Origin: an uncultured Gemmatimonadaceae bacterium
GTDB taxonomy: Bacteria; Gemmatimonadota; Gemmatimonadetes; Gemmatimonadales; Gemmatimonadaceae
DNA: 64,000 nucleotides
Reading direction: 5' to 3'
NCBI GenBank assembly: GCA_963790305.1
Contig: CAWBOC010000005.1
Coordinates: forward strand, 736,001 to 800,000
Part shown: one piece after another, positions 51,751 through 61,609 of the stretch
Position numbering within the stretch: position 1 is the stretch's first letter
How the letters are laid out: every line of letters begins with the position of its first letter
Translations under genes and position numbers: made by a program
The notes under the pieces: generated by a model
What the model was told of the DNA's origin: nothing
The model's input: only the letters and a program-made list of their open reading frames with translations
Database searches by the model: none

Positions 51751-52531
51751 ATGCGCGCATTCCTTCACCGACCTGTCGCAGCAGCTGCGCTACTTCTCGT
51801 TTCGAGCGCTGCATGGGGTCAATCCAGTCGTCCGCTGTTGGCGGTGTTCGCTCATCCCGACGACGAGCGTGTCATCGGCCCGCTGTTGTCGCGCCTGTCG
51901 CGAGAAGGACGCGAGGTCCATCTCGTCATTGCCACCGATGGCTCCAAGGGCGTTCGCGATCATGCCGGCATTCCCGCCGGCCCGGCGCTGGCTGCTGCCC
52001 GGAAGCTGGAGGCAGAATGTGCAGCGAAACGGCTGGGTGTGCGACAGCTACACCTGCTCGGCCTGGAGGATGGGGGGCTCGCTTCGTTCGCCAACCTGGC
52101 GCGGCTACGCACTGAGCTGGAGAAGATCATCGGGGGCGTTCAGCCGGAGGCGATCTTCACCTTTGGGCCTGAAGGAGGTACCGGCCATCCCGGATCACCG
52201 TCTCGTGGGGAACGTCGTGACGCAGATCGTGCAGAGCGACGATCGTCACCGAACGGTAGATCTGCTGTATGCGTCCCTTCCCACGGAGCGCCTTCGCAGC
52301 GCACCCCCGTCGTCGCCCGGCGTCAACGGGGTCGCCGAAGATCTATTGACCGTTCGCGTGCCGGTGGAGAATCGGGATGTTGTCGCTGGGCAGGAATCGT
52401 TCGCCTGTCACCGGACGCAGTACACGTCGCCGGAGATGGCCGCGATCAACCGAACGTTGGCGCACGTGTGGAATGGAGTCGCCTACCTTCGCCCGTGGAA
52501 CGGGACTAAGCCGCGGGCAACGATACCGTAA
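51751..52531 (+). CDS. PIG-L family deacetylase, secreted; frameshift near 52190
   Basis: AHPDDE, GHPDH (split by the indel) and CHRTQY motifs. Confidence 0.88.
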
Positions 52532-53630
52532 AGATCGAGCCTTCGGCGACGACGCTGTGAACGGCAATGTCACCACCCATCGCGCGCGCCAGCTCGCGGC
52601 TGATGGCCAATCCCAGCCCCATCCCCTTTTGCTTTCTAGCGTCGATCTCGCGATTCACCTGCACGAACGGCTCGAAGATCTGTGACAACAGCTCGGCCGG
52701 AATACCACGTCCGGTGTCGGCAATGGCGATGAGAACGCGCTGACCGTCCGTCGACCAGCGCACCGAGACCTTGCCACCCAATGGTGTGAATTTCGACGCG
52801 TTGCCGAGCAGGTTGAGCAGAATCTGCTGCAGCCGGTCGGGATCCGCGCACACCGCCAGCCCCGCCGGCCCCGGCTCTCGCATGTACGCGATATCGGCGT
52901 TCTGGAACTGCGGTGCGACAATCGCTTCGGCACGCGAGAGCACGCTTTCGATCGTCACGTTCTCGCGCGACACCGTGAGAGCGCCCGCCTCGGCCCTCGC
53001 GAACGTGAGGATGTCGTCCAGCAAACCGAGCAGGAAATGGCTCACTTCCTTGATGCGCCGGAGATCCTGCGCCTGAACGTCGTTGACCTCGCCACGCACG
53101 CCGAGCAGCAGGAGATCCGCGTACCCTGAAATGGCGCCAAGCGGCGTGCGCAAGTCGTGGGACACCATGGAGAGGAAACGCATCTTGGCCGCATTGGCGC
53201 CCTCGGCTGCTTTCTTCGCGAGCAACAGCTCCTGCTCGTACTTCTGGCGCTCGTGAATGCGGAGCATCACGCAATCAATGCGCACCGTCCCGTCCACTTC
53301 GGTGCGAGCCGCATTCGCGAGGACGTGAACCGCGGCTCCGGATTGGGCTCGCAGAGTGAAATAGATCTCCTCGGCGCGTCCGTGCAGCTTGATCAGCGGG
53401 AAGAAATGTGTCTGATAGAAGATGCGGGCCGGGATGGTGAGGATCTTCTCGAATGATTGCCCGACGAGCTCGCGCGCATCGAGGCCGAGCAAATGCCCCA
53501 GCCTCGCGTTGGCGTAGACGATGATGCCGTCGTCGCCGAAGGACACGAAGCTGGCCGGCGCCCGGTCGAGCAGGTCCGACGTGACCGTGTGCGGGACACC
53601 AGCTTCGTCAAGCAGCGCGGGCTTTCCCAC
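52506..53630 (-). CDS. PAS-domain sensor histidine kinase (RsbP-type PAS)
   Basis: [23 protein letters not shown] coiled coil, [20 protein letters not shown] and GLGLAIS. Confidence 0.93.
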   Translation of the reverse strand: MGKPALLDEAGVPHTVTSDLLDRAPASFVSFGDDGIIVYANARLGHLLGLDARELVGQSFEKILTIPARIFYQTHFFPLIKLHGRAEEIYFTLRAQSGAAVHVLANAARTEVDGTVRIDCVMLRIHERQKYEQELLLAKKAAEGANAAKMRFLSMVSHDLRTPLGAISGYADLLLLGVRGEVNDVQAQDLRRIKEVSHFLLGLLDDILTFARAEAGALTVSRENVTIESVLSRAEAIVAPQFQNADIAYMREPGPAGLAVCADPDRLQQILLNLLGNASKFTPLGGKVSVRWSTDGQRVLIAIADTGRGIPAELLSQIFEPFVQVNREIDARKQKGMGLGLAISRELARAMGGDIAVHSVVAEGSIFTVSLPAA

Positions 53631-54429
53631 TCAGGTATTCCTTCATTTCGCGGATCGTTTCCTCGGGATGGCTCATGTGCGGACAGTGGCCGGTGGCGCT
53701 CATCACGCGCAAGGTACTGAGGGGTAAATGGCGATGGAGGTACTCGCCTACCTCGGGCGGAGCGATGATATCCGCCGAGCACTGAAGGATCAGCGAGGGA
53801 ATGGTGACGTCGACGAGGTCCTGGCGATTGTCGGAGAGGAACGTCACCTCGGCGAATCGACGCGCGATGACCGGGTCGGTCGAACAGAAGCTCTCCGCCA
53901 GCTCACCCGCCAGCTCGGGGCGATCGGGGTTTGCCATGATGGCTGGCGCGAGATAGTTCGCCCACCCAATGTAATTCTTCTCCATCGTCTCGAGAAGCCC
54001 GTCAATGTCGGCGCGGTCGAATCCGCCGACGTAATCGGCATCATTGATGTAGCGCGGTGACGGCCCAATGAGGACGAGCTGTGCGAAGCGATTCGGCTCA
54101 CGCTTGGCCGCGAGCACCGCAACAATGCCACTGACCGAATGGCCGACGACGATCGCATCTCGCAAGTCGAGAGCGCGACACACGTCGAGCAAGTCGTCGG
54201 CATATCCGCCGAGCGTGCCGTATCGCGTACGGTCGTACGCGCGCAGGTCGGAATGGCCTGAGCCGACGTAATCGAACAGCACGATGCGGTAGTCGTTCTC
54301 GAATGCGGGCGTGATGAATCGCCACATGTTCTGATCGCACCCGAAGCCGTGGGCAAAGACCATGGGCTGGCTTCCTCGCCCGAAGACCTTCACGTTGTTG
54401 CGTCGCAGTACATCGACAGCCATGTGCAC
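53608..54429 (-). CDS. rsbQ: RsbQ-like alpha/beta hydrolase (KAI2/D14-related)
   Basis: [32 protein letters not shown] and GHCPH motifs. Confidence 0.92.
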   Translation of the reverse strand: MHMAVDVLRRNNVKVFGRGSQPMVFAHGFGCDQNMWRFITPAFENDYRIVLFDYVGSGHSDLRAYDRTRYGTLGGYADDLLDVCRALDLRDAIVVGHSVSGIVAVLAAKREPNRFAQLVLIGPSPRYINDADYVGGFDRADIDGLLETMEKNYIGWANYLAPAIMANPDRPELAGELAESFCSTDPVIARRFAEVTFLSDNRQDLVDVTIPSLILQCSADIIAPPEVGEYLHRHLPLSTLRVMSATGHCPHMSHPEETIREMKEYLSGKARAA

Positions 54430-54589
54430 CTTGTTGTGCGGGTCAAGTGTGGGGTTGGTAGAGGAGCATGGACTGGACCACTGGTCGTGCTCCTGGCGCC
54501 CCAGGGGGCAGCCAAGTGCGGTCGAGCCTCTCGCGCGCGGCGTCCCGCCTGTATGTTGGGGCCGTCTCCTCCGGGAGGCGATTCATCGA

Positions 54590-56009
54590 ATGCGGTTCTG
54601 GGCGTTAGTGTGGGTGGTGGTGATGGTTGGCATGGCTGGGGCGCAGGCACCGGACGGCTCGGGCCACCGTGAGCGGGGTGGTCTATGACAGCATTGCGCG
54701 AGCCCCGCTCGCCGGCGCGGTGGTGCAGCTGGTCGCCGCCGAAACCCGCACGCCGGTTCAGCGGCACGGCGCTCTCCGACTCGCTAGGCAGTTTTACGAT
54801 CGGCGACGTCCCCGCCGGGCGATACATGCTGGGGTTCTTGCACCCGCATGCTCGACTCGCTCGGCATGGAGCCGCGTGCTGCGTGAGGTGAACATTGTCG
54901 GGCTCGTTCCGGTGCGCGCCGATCTCGCCATCCCGTCGCCAGCTCGCCTACGCGCCGCGATCTGCGGTCCACGATCGGTCGCGGATTCCGGAGCAATGGT
55001 CATCGGTCTGGTTCGCGATGCGCGGGACCACGCCGCGGCCGCCAAAGTTGGGGTGACCGGCATGTGGGTCGAGTTTGCCCTCACGGGCGGTCGACTCGAG
55101 CGTCGAGATGCCCACGGCTCGTCGCCACGACGGCAGCGAACGGCTGGTTTGCCATGTGCAACTTACCTGGTGCGGGGACGATTGCGCTCATGGCGAGTCG
55201 TGGCGCGGACAGCACGGACTTGATCGAGGTGGAAGTGCCGCCGGAGCGGTTGTTGAGACGCGACCTGTACATTGGGCCCGCGCGCATCGTCGGCGACACG
55301 CAGCCAACCGACACGATCGCACGAGTCGGTCGTCGGCGTGTCGGAGACGGGCGTCTCTCCGGCGTCGTCGTCACCGCCATCGGTGGCAGACCGCTTGCGG
55401 AAGCGCAGGTGAGGATTCGCGACGGGCCGGAGACACGCGCAAACGAGCGGGGTGAATGGACACTCGCCGGCGCGCCGATCGGAACGCGGATGCTCGAGGT
55501 TCGGGCGGTCGGCTATTACCCGGAGTATCGACCGGTGGATGTCGTGACAGGAGCAGCGCCGGTCCGCAGTGCGCTTTCCACAGATGAAAGCGGTGCTCGA
55601 CACGGTGCGGGTCATGGCGGAGCGCATGAGCAACCGGAACATGGTCGAGTTCAACGAGCGGCGGCGTGGCGGTCTCGGCCGATACCTGACAGCCGAGGAC
55701 GTCGAGCGCCGGCAGCCGATCGTCACGTCGGATCTCTTCCGTAACATGGCGGGCCTTCGACTCGAGCGGAGCGACATCGGCGACACCCAGCTGCTGATGC
55801 GCGGCACCTTCGAGGAAACGTGCGTGCCAAGCGTGTACATCGATGGGCGCTTCATGAGGGATCTCAGCGCCGACGACATCGACAGCTGGGTGAAGCCCCG
55901 CGAGATCGCGGGCATGGAGATTTACGTGGGGCCTCACGTGCCTGCGCAATTCAACACGGGCCTCGCCGGCGGTAGGTGCTGCCGGTGGGCAGAGCTGCGG
56001 CGCATGTGA
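54590..56009 (+). CDS. Secreted carboxypeptidase-regulatory-like repeat protein with TonB plug-like C-terminus; multiple indels
   Basis: Signal peptide; SGVVYDS..PLAGAVV, LEVRAVGY, LDTVRV, C.PSVYIDG and IAGMEIY motifs across frames. Confidence 0.75.
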
Positions 56010-56025
56010 TCTGGTCGAAAGCCAC

Positions 56026-56554
56026 CTACGGGCGATCACCCGCCAGTTGACGCCCCGACTGGACCTCGATCCATCGGCCGTTGGCAAGGACAACCGACGT
56101 CTCGATCTGCCGCGCGGGGATCGACCAGTAGGTGCGGAGCAGGCGATCCTTGTCGTCGCTCGCGACGACGGTGAATCCATTTCGACGATAGAACTCGATC
56201 GCCCACGAAGCGGCCGCCCACGTCCCGATCAGAAGCGGCTTGTCGACGAGGCTCTCCACGTATCGCAGCAGGTGCGTTCCGACGCCGCTGCGCTGAGTGG
56301 TCGGTGCGACGTATGCGTGGCGGATCAAGGCGACATCGCCCTTGTCCTGGACCCCCATGACGCCTAACAAGCGTCCGTCTTGCTCCGCGACCCAGAAGAC
56401 GACGCCCGCAGCCATCTCGTCGCATCAGCTCATCGGGCGACATGTAGGGCTCGTGCCACCGGTCGGCCGGTATCACTCCGCGGTAGGCATGCGCCGCGTC
56501 GTTGATGATCGCCAGAATCGCGGAGAAGTCGGCTTCTTCGCCTTGTCGAATCAC
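56026..56554 (-). CDS. GNAT family N-acetyltransferase; frameshift near 56418
   Basis: IRHAYV..QRSGVG and AIEFYRRNGF motifs. Confidence 0.87.
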
Positions 56555-56567
56555 TATCTCGTACTGT

Positions 56568-56861
56568 CTAGTGCGGGGTGATCACCCGCTCCTGCCGCCC
56601 GGGTAGATTCGCCGCCGCCCCACGCTCGGCCATCAGCTTCGCGATGAAGCGATTCGCTTCCGACATGCGCTCTACTTCGAGGGCCGTCGATTCGACCGTC
56701 GCCTCAATGCGCTCGAGGCGCTCCTGCAGCGCTTCGAGCGCGATGGGAACGCGTCGTTCGTGCCTGAGCTCGAGAAGCCGGCGGAGGAACCGCAGGGAGC
56801 TGACGAAGGCGATCGTGCCGAACAAGAGCATCCAGACCTGAAGGAACACGCTGTCAGACAT
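56568..56861 (-). CDS. Small TM plus coiled-coil hypothetical protein
   Basis: RLERIEATVESTALEVERMSEANRF...VITPH; SD GGAG. Confidence 0.75.
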   Translation of the reverse strand: MSDSVFLQVWMLLFGTIAFVSSLRFLRRLLELRHERRVPIALEALQERLERIEATVESTALEVERMSEANRFIAKLMAERGAAANLPGRQERVITPH

Positions 56862-56951
56862 GCGGGTCTCCGCGAAGATGGCGATGAGCGTCCCTGTCAC
56901 CACTCGTACGCGACGACGGGCGTGAAGTTTCGGGGAGGGGGGGGGGTCGAC

Positions 56952-57631
56952 CTAACGCTTTAACGGTGGGACCGATGACGAAGGCAACACCGGGAGCGCG
57001 CGCCGCGACGAGCGGCGCAAGCGTGCCACCCTGGCTATGGCCATGCAGCCGATGCGTCGAGCGTCGATGCGTGGCTCACTACGCAGTCGCGCAACCGCGG
57101 CGGCGCCGTCGGCAGCGAGGTCCTCGAGCGCGGCCCTGCGCCAGTCTCCAGTCGAACCGCCGACGCCACGCTGTCGAAGATCAACGCCGCGAGCCGCGAC
57201 GCGAGCTGAGCCGCGAGAAAGCGTGACGCCCACCGGCCCCGCACCGGAGCCGTGCAGGAACACGACGGCCGGAACCGAGCTCCCTGTTCGGGGAAGAACG
57301 AGGGTGCCCGCCAGCGTCACGGGGCCGTGGCGACAGCGACGTCGCGCTCCTCGAACGTCGAGCCTCGGGTCGACGTGCGGGAAAGGCGAATCGCCCACCC
57401 GGTGCTCTCCTTCAGCGCGCCCGTAGGGAATCACCCGAGCCTGCCGGTGATACGGCCGCGTCCGGTCACCGCGGAGCGCCACGCACGTCGCAGCAACCGC
57501 GGAGCTGCACGTCGTTGAACGGAATCCCACTGACCCGCAAACGATCGGCGCCGAACGTGGCGGCATGGCGGCCAGTGCTCGCGTCGTACTTCACGTCGAG
57601 CGTGACGAGCAGGAGCGGCTAACAGCAACCA
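56952..57631 (-). pseudogene. Fragmented alpha/beta hydrolase remnant
   Basis: VTLAGTLVLP..PAVVFLHGSG, RGVGGSTGDW and GHSQGG in different frames; truncated shortly after the nucleophile motif. Confidence 0.65.
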
Positions 57632-57661
57632 TGCCAGCTGGGGGGCCGCATTGGCTCCCTG

Positions 57662-58618
57662 CTAAAGGGCCTTCCGAGCGAGCTCGTGCGCCGTCGTCAG
57701 CGCGGCGTCGGCTGCAACCGAGACATCGGGCTTCACGCCTACGCGCTCCCAGTTGGTCTTCGTGACTGGATTGATGGCACGGCCCGTGGGGACGAAGATG
57801 GTCAGCCCGTGCGGCAGCGGCGCTGGCCCGCCGGGATTTGCTCCGCCCCCCGTCGTCTCGCCGACGATCGTAGCGCGCTTTCGCGTCTGCAGGTTGTACG
57901 CGAACTCCTCAGCGCCGGAGAACGTTCGCGCGCTGGTCAGCACGTAGACCGGCTTGTCCGGGCCAAATTTCCTCCCCTCGACGCGCGGGTCCGTGTAGAA
58001 GTGGTCGGTGCGGTCGGCGGGTCGGAAGTAGAGCGAGTTGAGGTGCACCGGCTCCTCGCCGAACAGGTAGCTCGTGACGAGAGCGACCATGTGAGGCGAG
58101 CCGCCGCCGTTCGCTCGAATATCCACGATCAACGCCTTCGCATTCGCCGCCGCGCTCATGATGTTGGCGGTCTCCTCGCGCACGGCGTCGGGCGGGAATC
58201 CAAAGCTCAGGATCTCGATGTAGGCGACATCGCCTTCGAGGCGCTCGGCGCGGCCGAAGGCAGATCCCTCTCGCCGCGAAGGGCCAGTGGGACCATCCGG
58301 ACGGCCTTGGGCGCCGACCCGCACCCGCAGGTGCTTATCGTGGCTGATGGCCTGAAGCTGCCGCGTCAGCATTTCGGCGAAAGACGCGGGGTCAGTCACC
58401 GTGTCGTACTCGGCGCGGCCGGCTCGTGCACGCAGGTCCGTGTTCATCTGTGCCGCGACGTCGGGGAAGACGTAGCGACGGTCGAGCAGACTCGCGATCG
58501 CTTCGAGGATTGTCGCGCGCTTCTCCGCGTTCAACGTCGCACCACCCTGCTGCGCGGCGGCGCCGGTCGTCGCGGCGAATAAAAGGACAAGCGCAGAAAT
58601 GAGTGCTCGACATGCCAT
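57662..58618 (-). CDS. S41 family peptidase
   Basis: DIRANGGG, TFSGAEEFAY, GETTGGGA and GVKPD motifs. Confidence 0.92.
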   Translation of the reverse strand: MACRALISALVLLFAATTGAAAQQGGATLNAEKRATILEAIASLLDRRYVFPDVAAQMNTDLRARAGRAEYDTVTDPASFAEMLTRQLQAISHDKHLRVRVGAQGRPDGPTGPSRREGSAFGRAERLEGDVAYIEILSFGFPPDAVREETANIMSAAANAKALIVDIRANGGGSPHMVALVTSYLFGEEPVHLNSLYFRPADRTDHFYTDPRVEGRKFGPDKPVYVLTSARTFSGAEEFAYNLQTRKRATIVGETTGGGANPGGPAPLPHGLTIFVPTGRAINPVTKTNWERVGVKPDVSVAADAALTTAHELARKAL

Positions 58619-58711
58619 TGGCGACGATCTCCATGGGACAGTTCGGATTGGCGTTGTGCCATAGTAATTGGATGCACGACCCGCCGCGGAAGGTTGCAGG
58701 ACAGGTCCAAA

Positions 58712-59995
58712 TCACGGCACACTCGTGGCGCCATCTGGACCCGTATCGGCCTCTCCGCTCCCTCGCGGGACGAAGAGCACGGTCACGAACGCGAGCGCCG
58801 TGTAGCCCGCCATGAGAAGAAAGAGAGCACGGTAGCCGTCGAAAAGATCGAAGATGCGTCCGTTCAGCGGATCGCCGATCGCGCCGCCAAGCGCCATGCA
58901 GAGCAGGAAGAGCGACGCGAGGACGCCTCGACAATGTCGCGGGACGGGCTCGACGAAGAGCGGATATGCGTTCACCATCGGGAACGTCCAACTGGCGGAC
59001 GCCAGCGCCAGCAGCGGGACGGCCTGCGTGATGCGCGTGACGCGGTCGAGCGCGAGCAGACAGACGGCCATCAACACGAAGCCGACGAGCATGGCGCTGC
59101 GCCGTCCGATACGGACGCCGATCACACCGGCTGGCAGGGCGCCGATCACACCACCGACGGCCCATGCGATGAAGCCGATGGTGACGTCCTCCGGCCGAAC
59201 GCCGAAGCGCTCGGTGCCGTGCAGCGCGAACCACGTCGTGAAGGTCTGGAAGGTGAGCTGCAGCAGAAGCGCAGCGAGAAAGATCGGCCGCATCCCGGGC
59301 CATGCGCCGCGAACGGCCGACCACACCGCCTCGGCGAGCGAATGAAACGTCACGTCCGCCGAGCGCGAATTCGAAGACGCCCGTTCGCGTACCCCAAGTG
59401 CGAACAGAATGCCGATGCCGAGAATGGTGGCGGCGGCGACCAGGAACGCCGTACGCATGCCGAGCATCCGGCCCAGCATGAGAAATACAATGGCACCGAC
59501 GCACATCTGAAACGTGACGGAGCCGGTCGCCAACGAGCGATACCGGGACGGCACGAGATCGGCGACGAGCGCCTGAAACGGTGGGCGCTGCAGATTGATC
59601 CCGGTGTGCAGAAGGACGAGTGCACCGATCAGGACGGGAAGGCCTAACGCGGCAGACGCGGGCAGCACGGCCATCCCGAGCGCCGAGAGCAGGAAGGCGA
59701 TGAGGACGAGCGGCAACCGTCCACGTCCGCGCGCGGCCGCGCGATCGGAGGCGGGGCCTGCCAACGGCACGAGGAGGAGCAGGAGCACGTTGTCGATGGC
59801 CATGATCGCGCCGATCAGGGTGCGCTGGTCGCCGAGCGCGTCGCGGACGAGTGGGGGAATGAACGTGCTGAGCAGCGGTCCGGTGACACCGAAGAACAGG
59901 CCGCCGAGGCCGATGAGGGCGAGTGCGCCGTAGGGCGCGCGCGCAGTTCGACGAACGCCTATCGCCTGTGCGGTCGGGGCATCAAGTCCAGTCAT
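58712..59995 (-). CDS. MFS transporter
   Basis: About 12 TM segments; GPASDR..GRGRLP and ALVADLVP motifs. Confidence 0.9.
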   Translation of the reverse strand: MTGLDAPTAQAIGVRRTARAPYGALALIGLGGLFFGVTGPLLSTFIPPLVRDALGDQRTLIGAIMAIDNVLLLLLVPLAGPASDRAAARGRGRLPLVLIAFLLSALGMAVLPASAALGLPVLIGALVLLHTGINLQRPPFQALVADLVPSRYRSLATGSVTFQMCVGAIVFLMLGRMLGMRTAFLVAAATILGIGILFALGVRERASSNSRSADVTFHSLAEAVWSAVRGAWPGMRPIFLAALLLQLTFQTFTTWFALHGTERFGVRPEDVTIGFIAWAVGGVIGALPAGVIGVRIGRRSAMLVGFVLMAVCLLALDRVTRITQAVPLLALASASWTFPMVNAYPLFVEPVPRHCRGVLASLFLLCMALGGAIGDPLNGRIFDLFDGYRALFLLMAGYTALAFVTVLFVPRGSGEADTGPDGATSVP

Positions 59996-60039
59996 CTATC
60001 TTTTCGCTCTTGTTACTTCAGGAAGGCCCTCATCGGCCG

Positions 60040-61471
60040 CTATTGTGCGTACCGGAGGATGTCGTACACGTACTTCACTCCGAACCCAATGTTCTCCACG
60101 CTCACGCGCTCGTCATTCCCGTGCACGCCACGCTGGCTGTCCGCGGACTCCACCTTGAACGGATCCAGCCCGTACGTGATGATGCCTAACTTCCGATACG
60201 TCGGCCGGTCGGTCGCGCCCGTCAGCATGTAGGTCGTCACCAGCGCGCTGGGATCGCGCTCCCGGGACGCGCGCTCGATCGCCCGGAACAGCTCCGTGTC
60301 GACCGGATTCTCCAGCGGCGTCTTCGGCGCCAGCAGCGTCTGCCAGTGCACCGAGGTGTCGTTCACCACCGCCTTCAGCACCCGCAGCACCGAATCGGGA
60401 TTCTGATCGGGCAGGAGCCGAATGTCGACGTCCGCCGTCGCCTCGGCCGGAATCACGTTCGTCTTGTTCGACCCCTGTATCACCGTCAGCGAGATCGTGT
60501 TGCGCAGGATCGCGTTCCAGTACACGTCATTCAGCAGCCATGCGCGGGCACGCGGAATCGTGATCGCTCGCCGCACGTTGGCCAGCCAGGTTCGCTGCTC
60601 GCCGGTGTATGCGCGGGAGATGTCGCGAAAGTACTTGTCGACCCCTGGCGTGACGTGCAGCGGCGTTTCGTACGTCCCGAGCTTGTTGAGCGCGCGGATG
60701 AGCTTGGGCACGGGATTGTGCTTCGTCGGCCGCGAGCCATGCGATGGAATGCCACGGACCGTTAGGCGTTGCCAGAAGGTGCGCTTCTCCGCCACGCTCA
60801 CGCCGTAGTACTGGAGCTTCCCATCGACGATCGGGTTGTCACCGCCTTCGGTGATGACGTACTCCACGTCGCGCAGCAGGTCCGGATGATTGTCGACGAA
60901 GGCGATCGCGCCCGTGGAGCCGAGCTCTTCATCCGGGTTCGCGATGAAGACAATGTCGCGCGTGAGCGGCACGCCGCTGCGCTTGAGCGCAATCATCGCC
61001 ATGAGAATGCGCGATTCCCTCGCCCTTCATGTCGAGCGCGCCACGCCCGTACAGGAAACCATCCTTGATCTCGCCGCTGTACGGGGGGACGGTCCAATAG
61101 CGCTCGTCGGCCGGAACGACGTCGATGTGATGCACCAGCGCGATCGCCTTCTTTCCGCCGGTTCCCTTGAGGCGGGTGTACAGATTGGGGCGACGGGGGC
61201 CAAGCGAGTTGGCAGCCGTGTCGAAGAGCTGAACCTCGAACCCTTCCCGCTCGAGGATCGCCTTGAGAAAGAGCGCGCCCTCGACCTCGTTTCCCGGCGG
61301 ATTGGCGGTATTCAGCTTCATGTAGTCAGCCAGGATGCGCACCGTCTCGTCGCGGATCGTGTTCCAGTCGACGGGACGCACGGGCTCGGGGGCTGCCGCC
61401 TGCGCGAGCGGGGCGGAGCCGGGGGCGAGCACGAAAAGAAGCGCAGTAAGCGCGCGAATGAGCCGGTTCAT
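60040..61471 (-). CDS. M20/M25/M40 family metallo-hydrolase, secreted; frameshift near 61005
   Basis: HIDVVPA, GRGALDMKG, DEE, HGS and HGNDERV motifs. Confidence 0.92.
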
Positions 61472-61609
61472 GGGTCCAGGTGTCCAGGAGGGGGAGATTT
61501 CGCTTGGAATCGACTGGGAGGGGTGAACCAATGCAAGGGAAGGGGACTCGTGAAACCGGTCCTGGGGGAGGGGCGTAGGCTCCCATAGCCCTCTCTTCAG
61601 TCGGTCACC

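Noticed and set aside
56932..56946. Poly-G tract as a phase-variation or G-quadruplex site
   Set aside because: A single intergenic run next to a degraded gene in an error-prone region; its length is unreliable.
4538..61471. More than 15 frameshifted genes as pseudogenes or programmed frameshifts
   Set aside because: They are single-base indels in otherwise intact genes, often in homopolymers and clustered at 45-49 kb and 54-57 kb. This pattern fits long-read consensus error, and it applies to the GxxExxY indel too, pending read checks.
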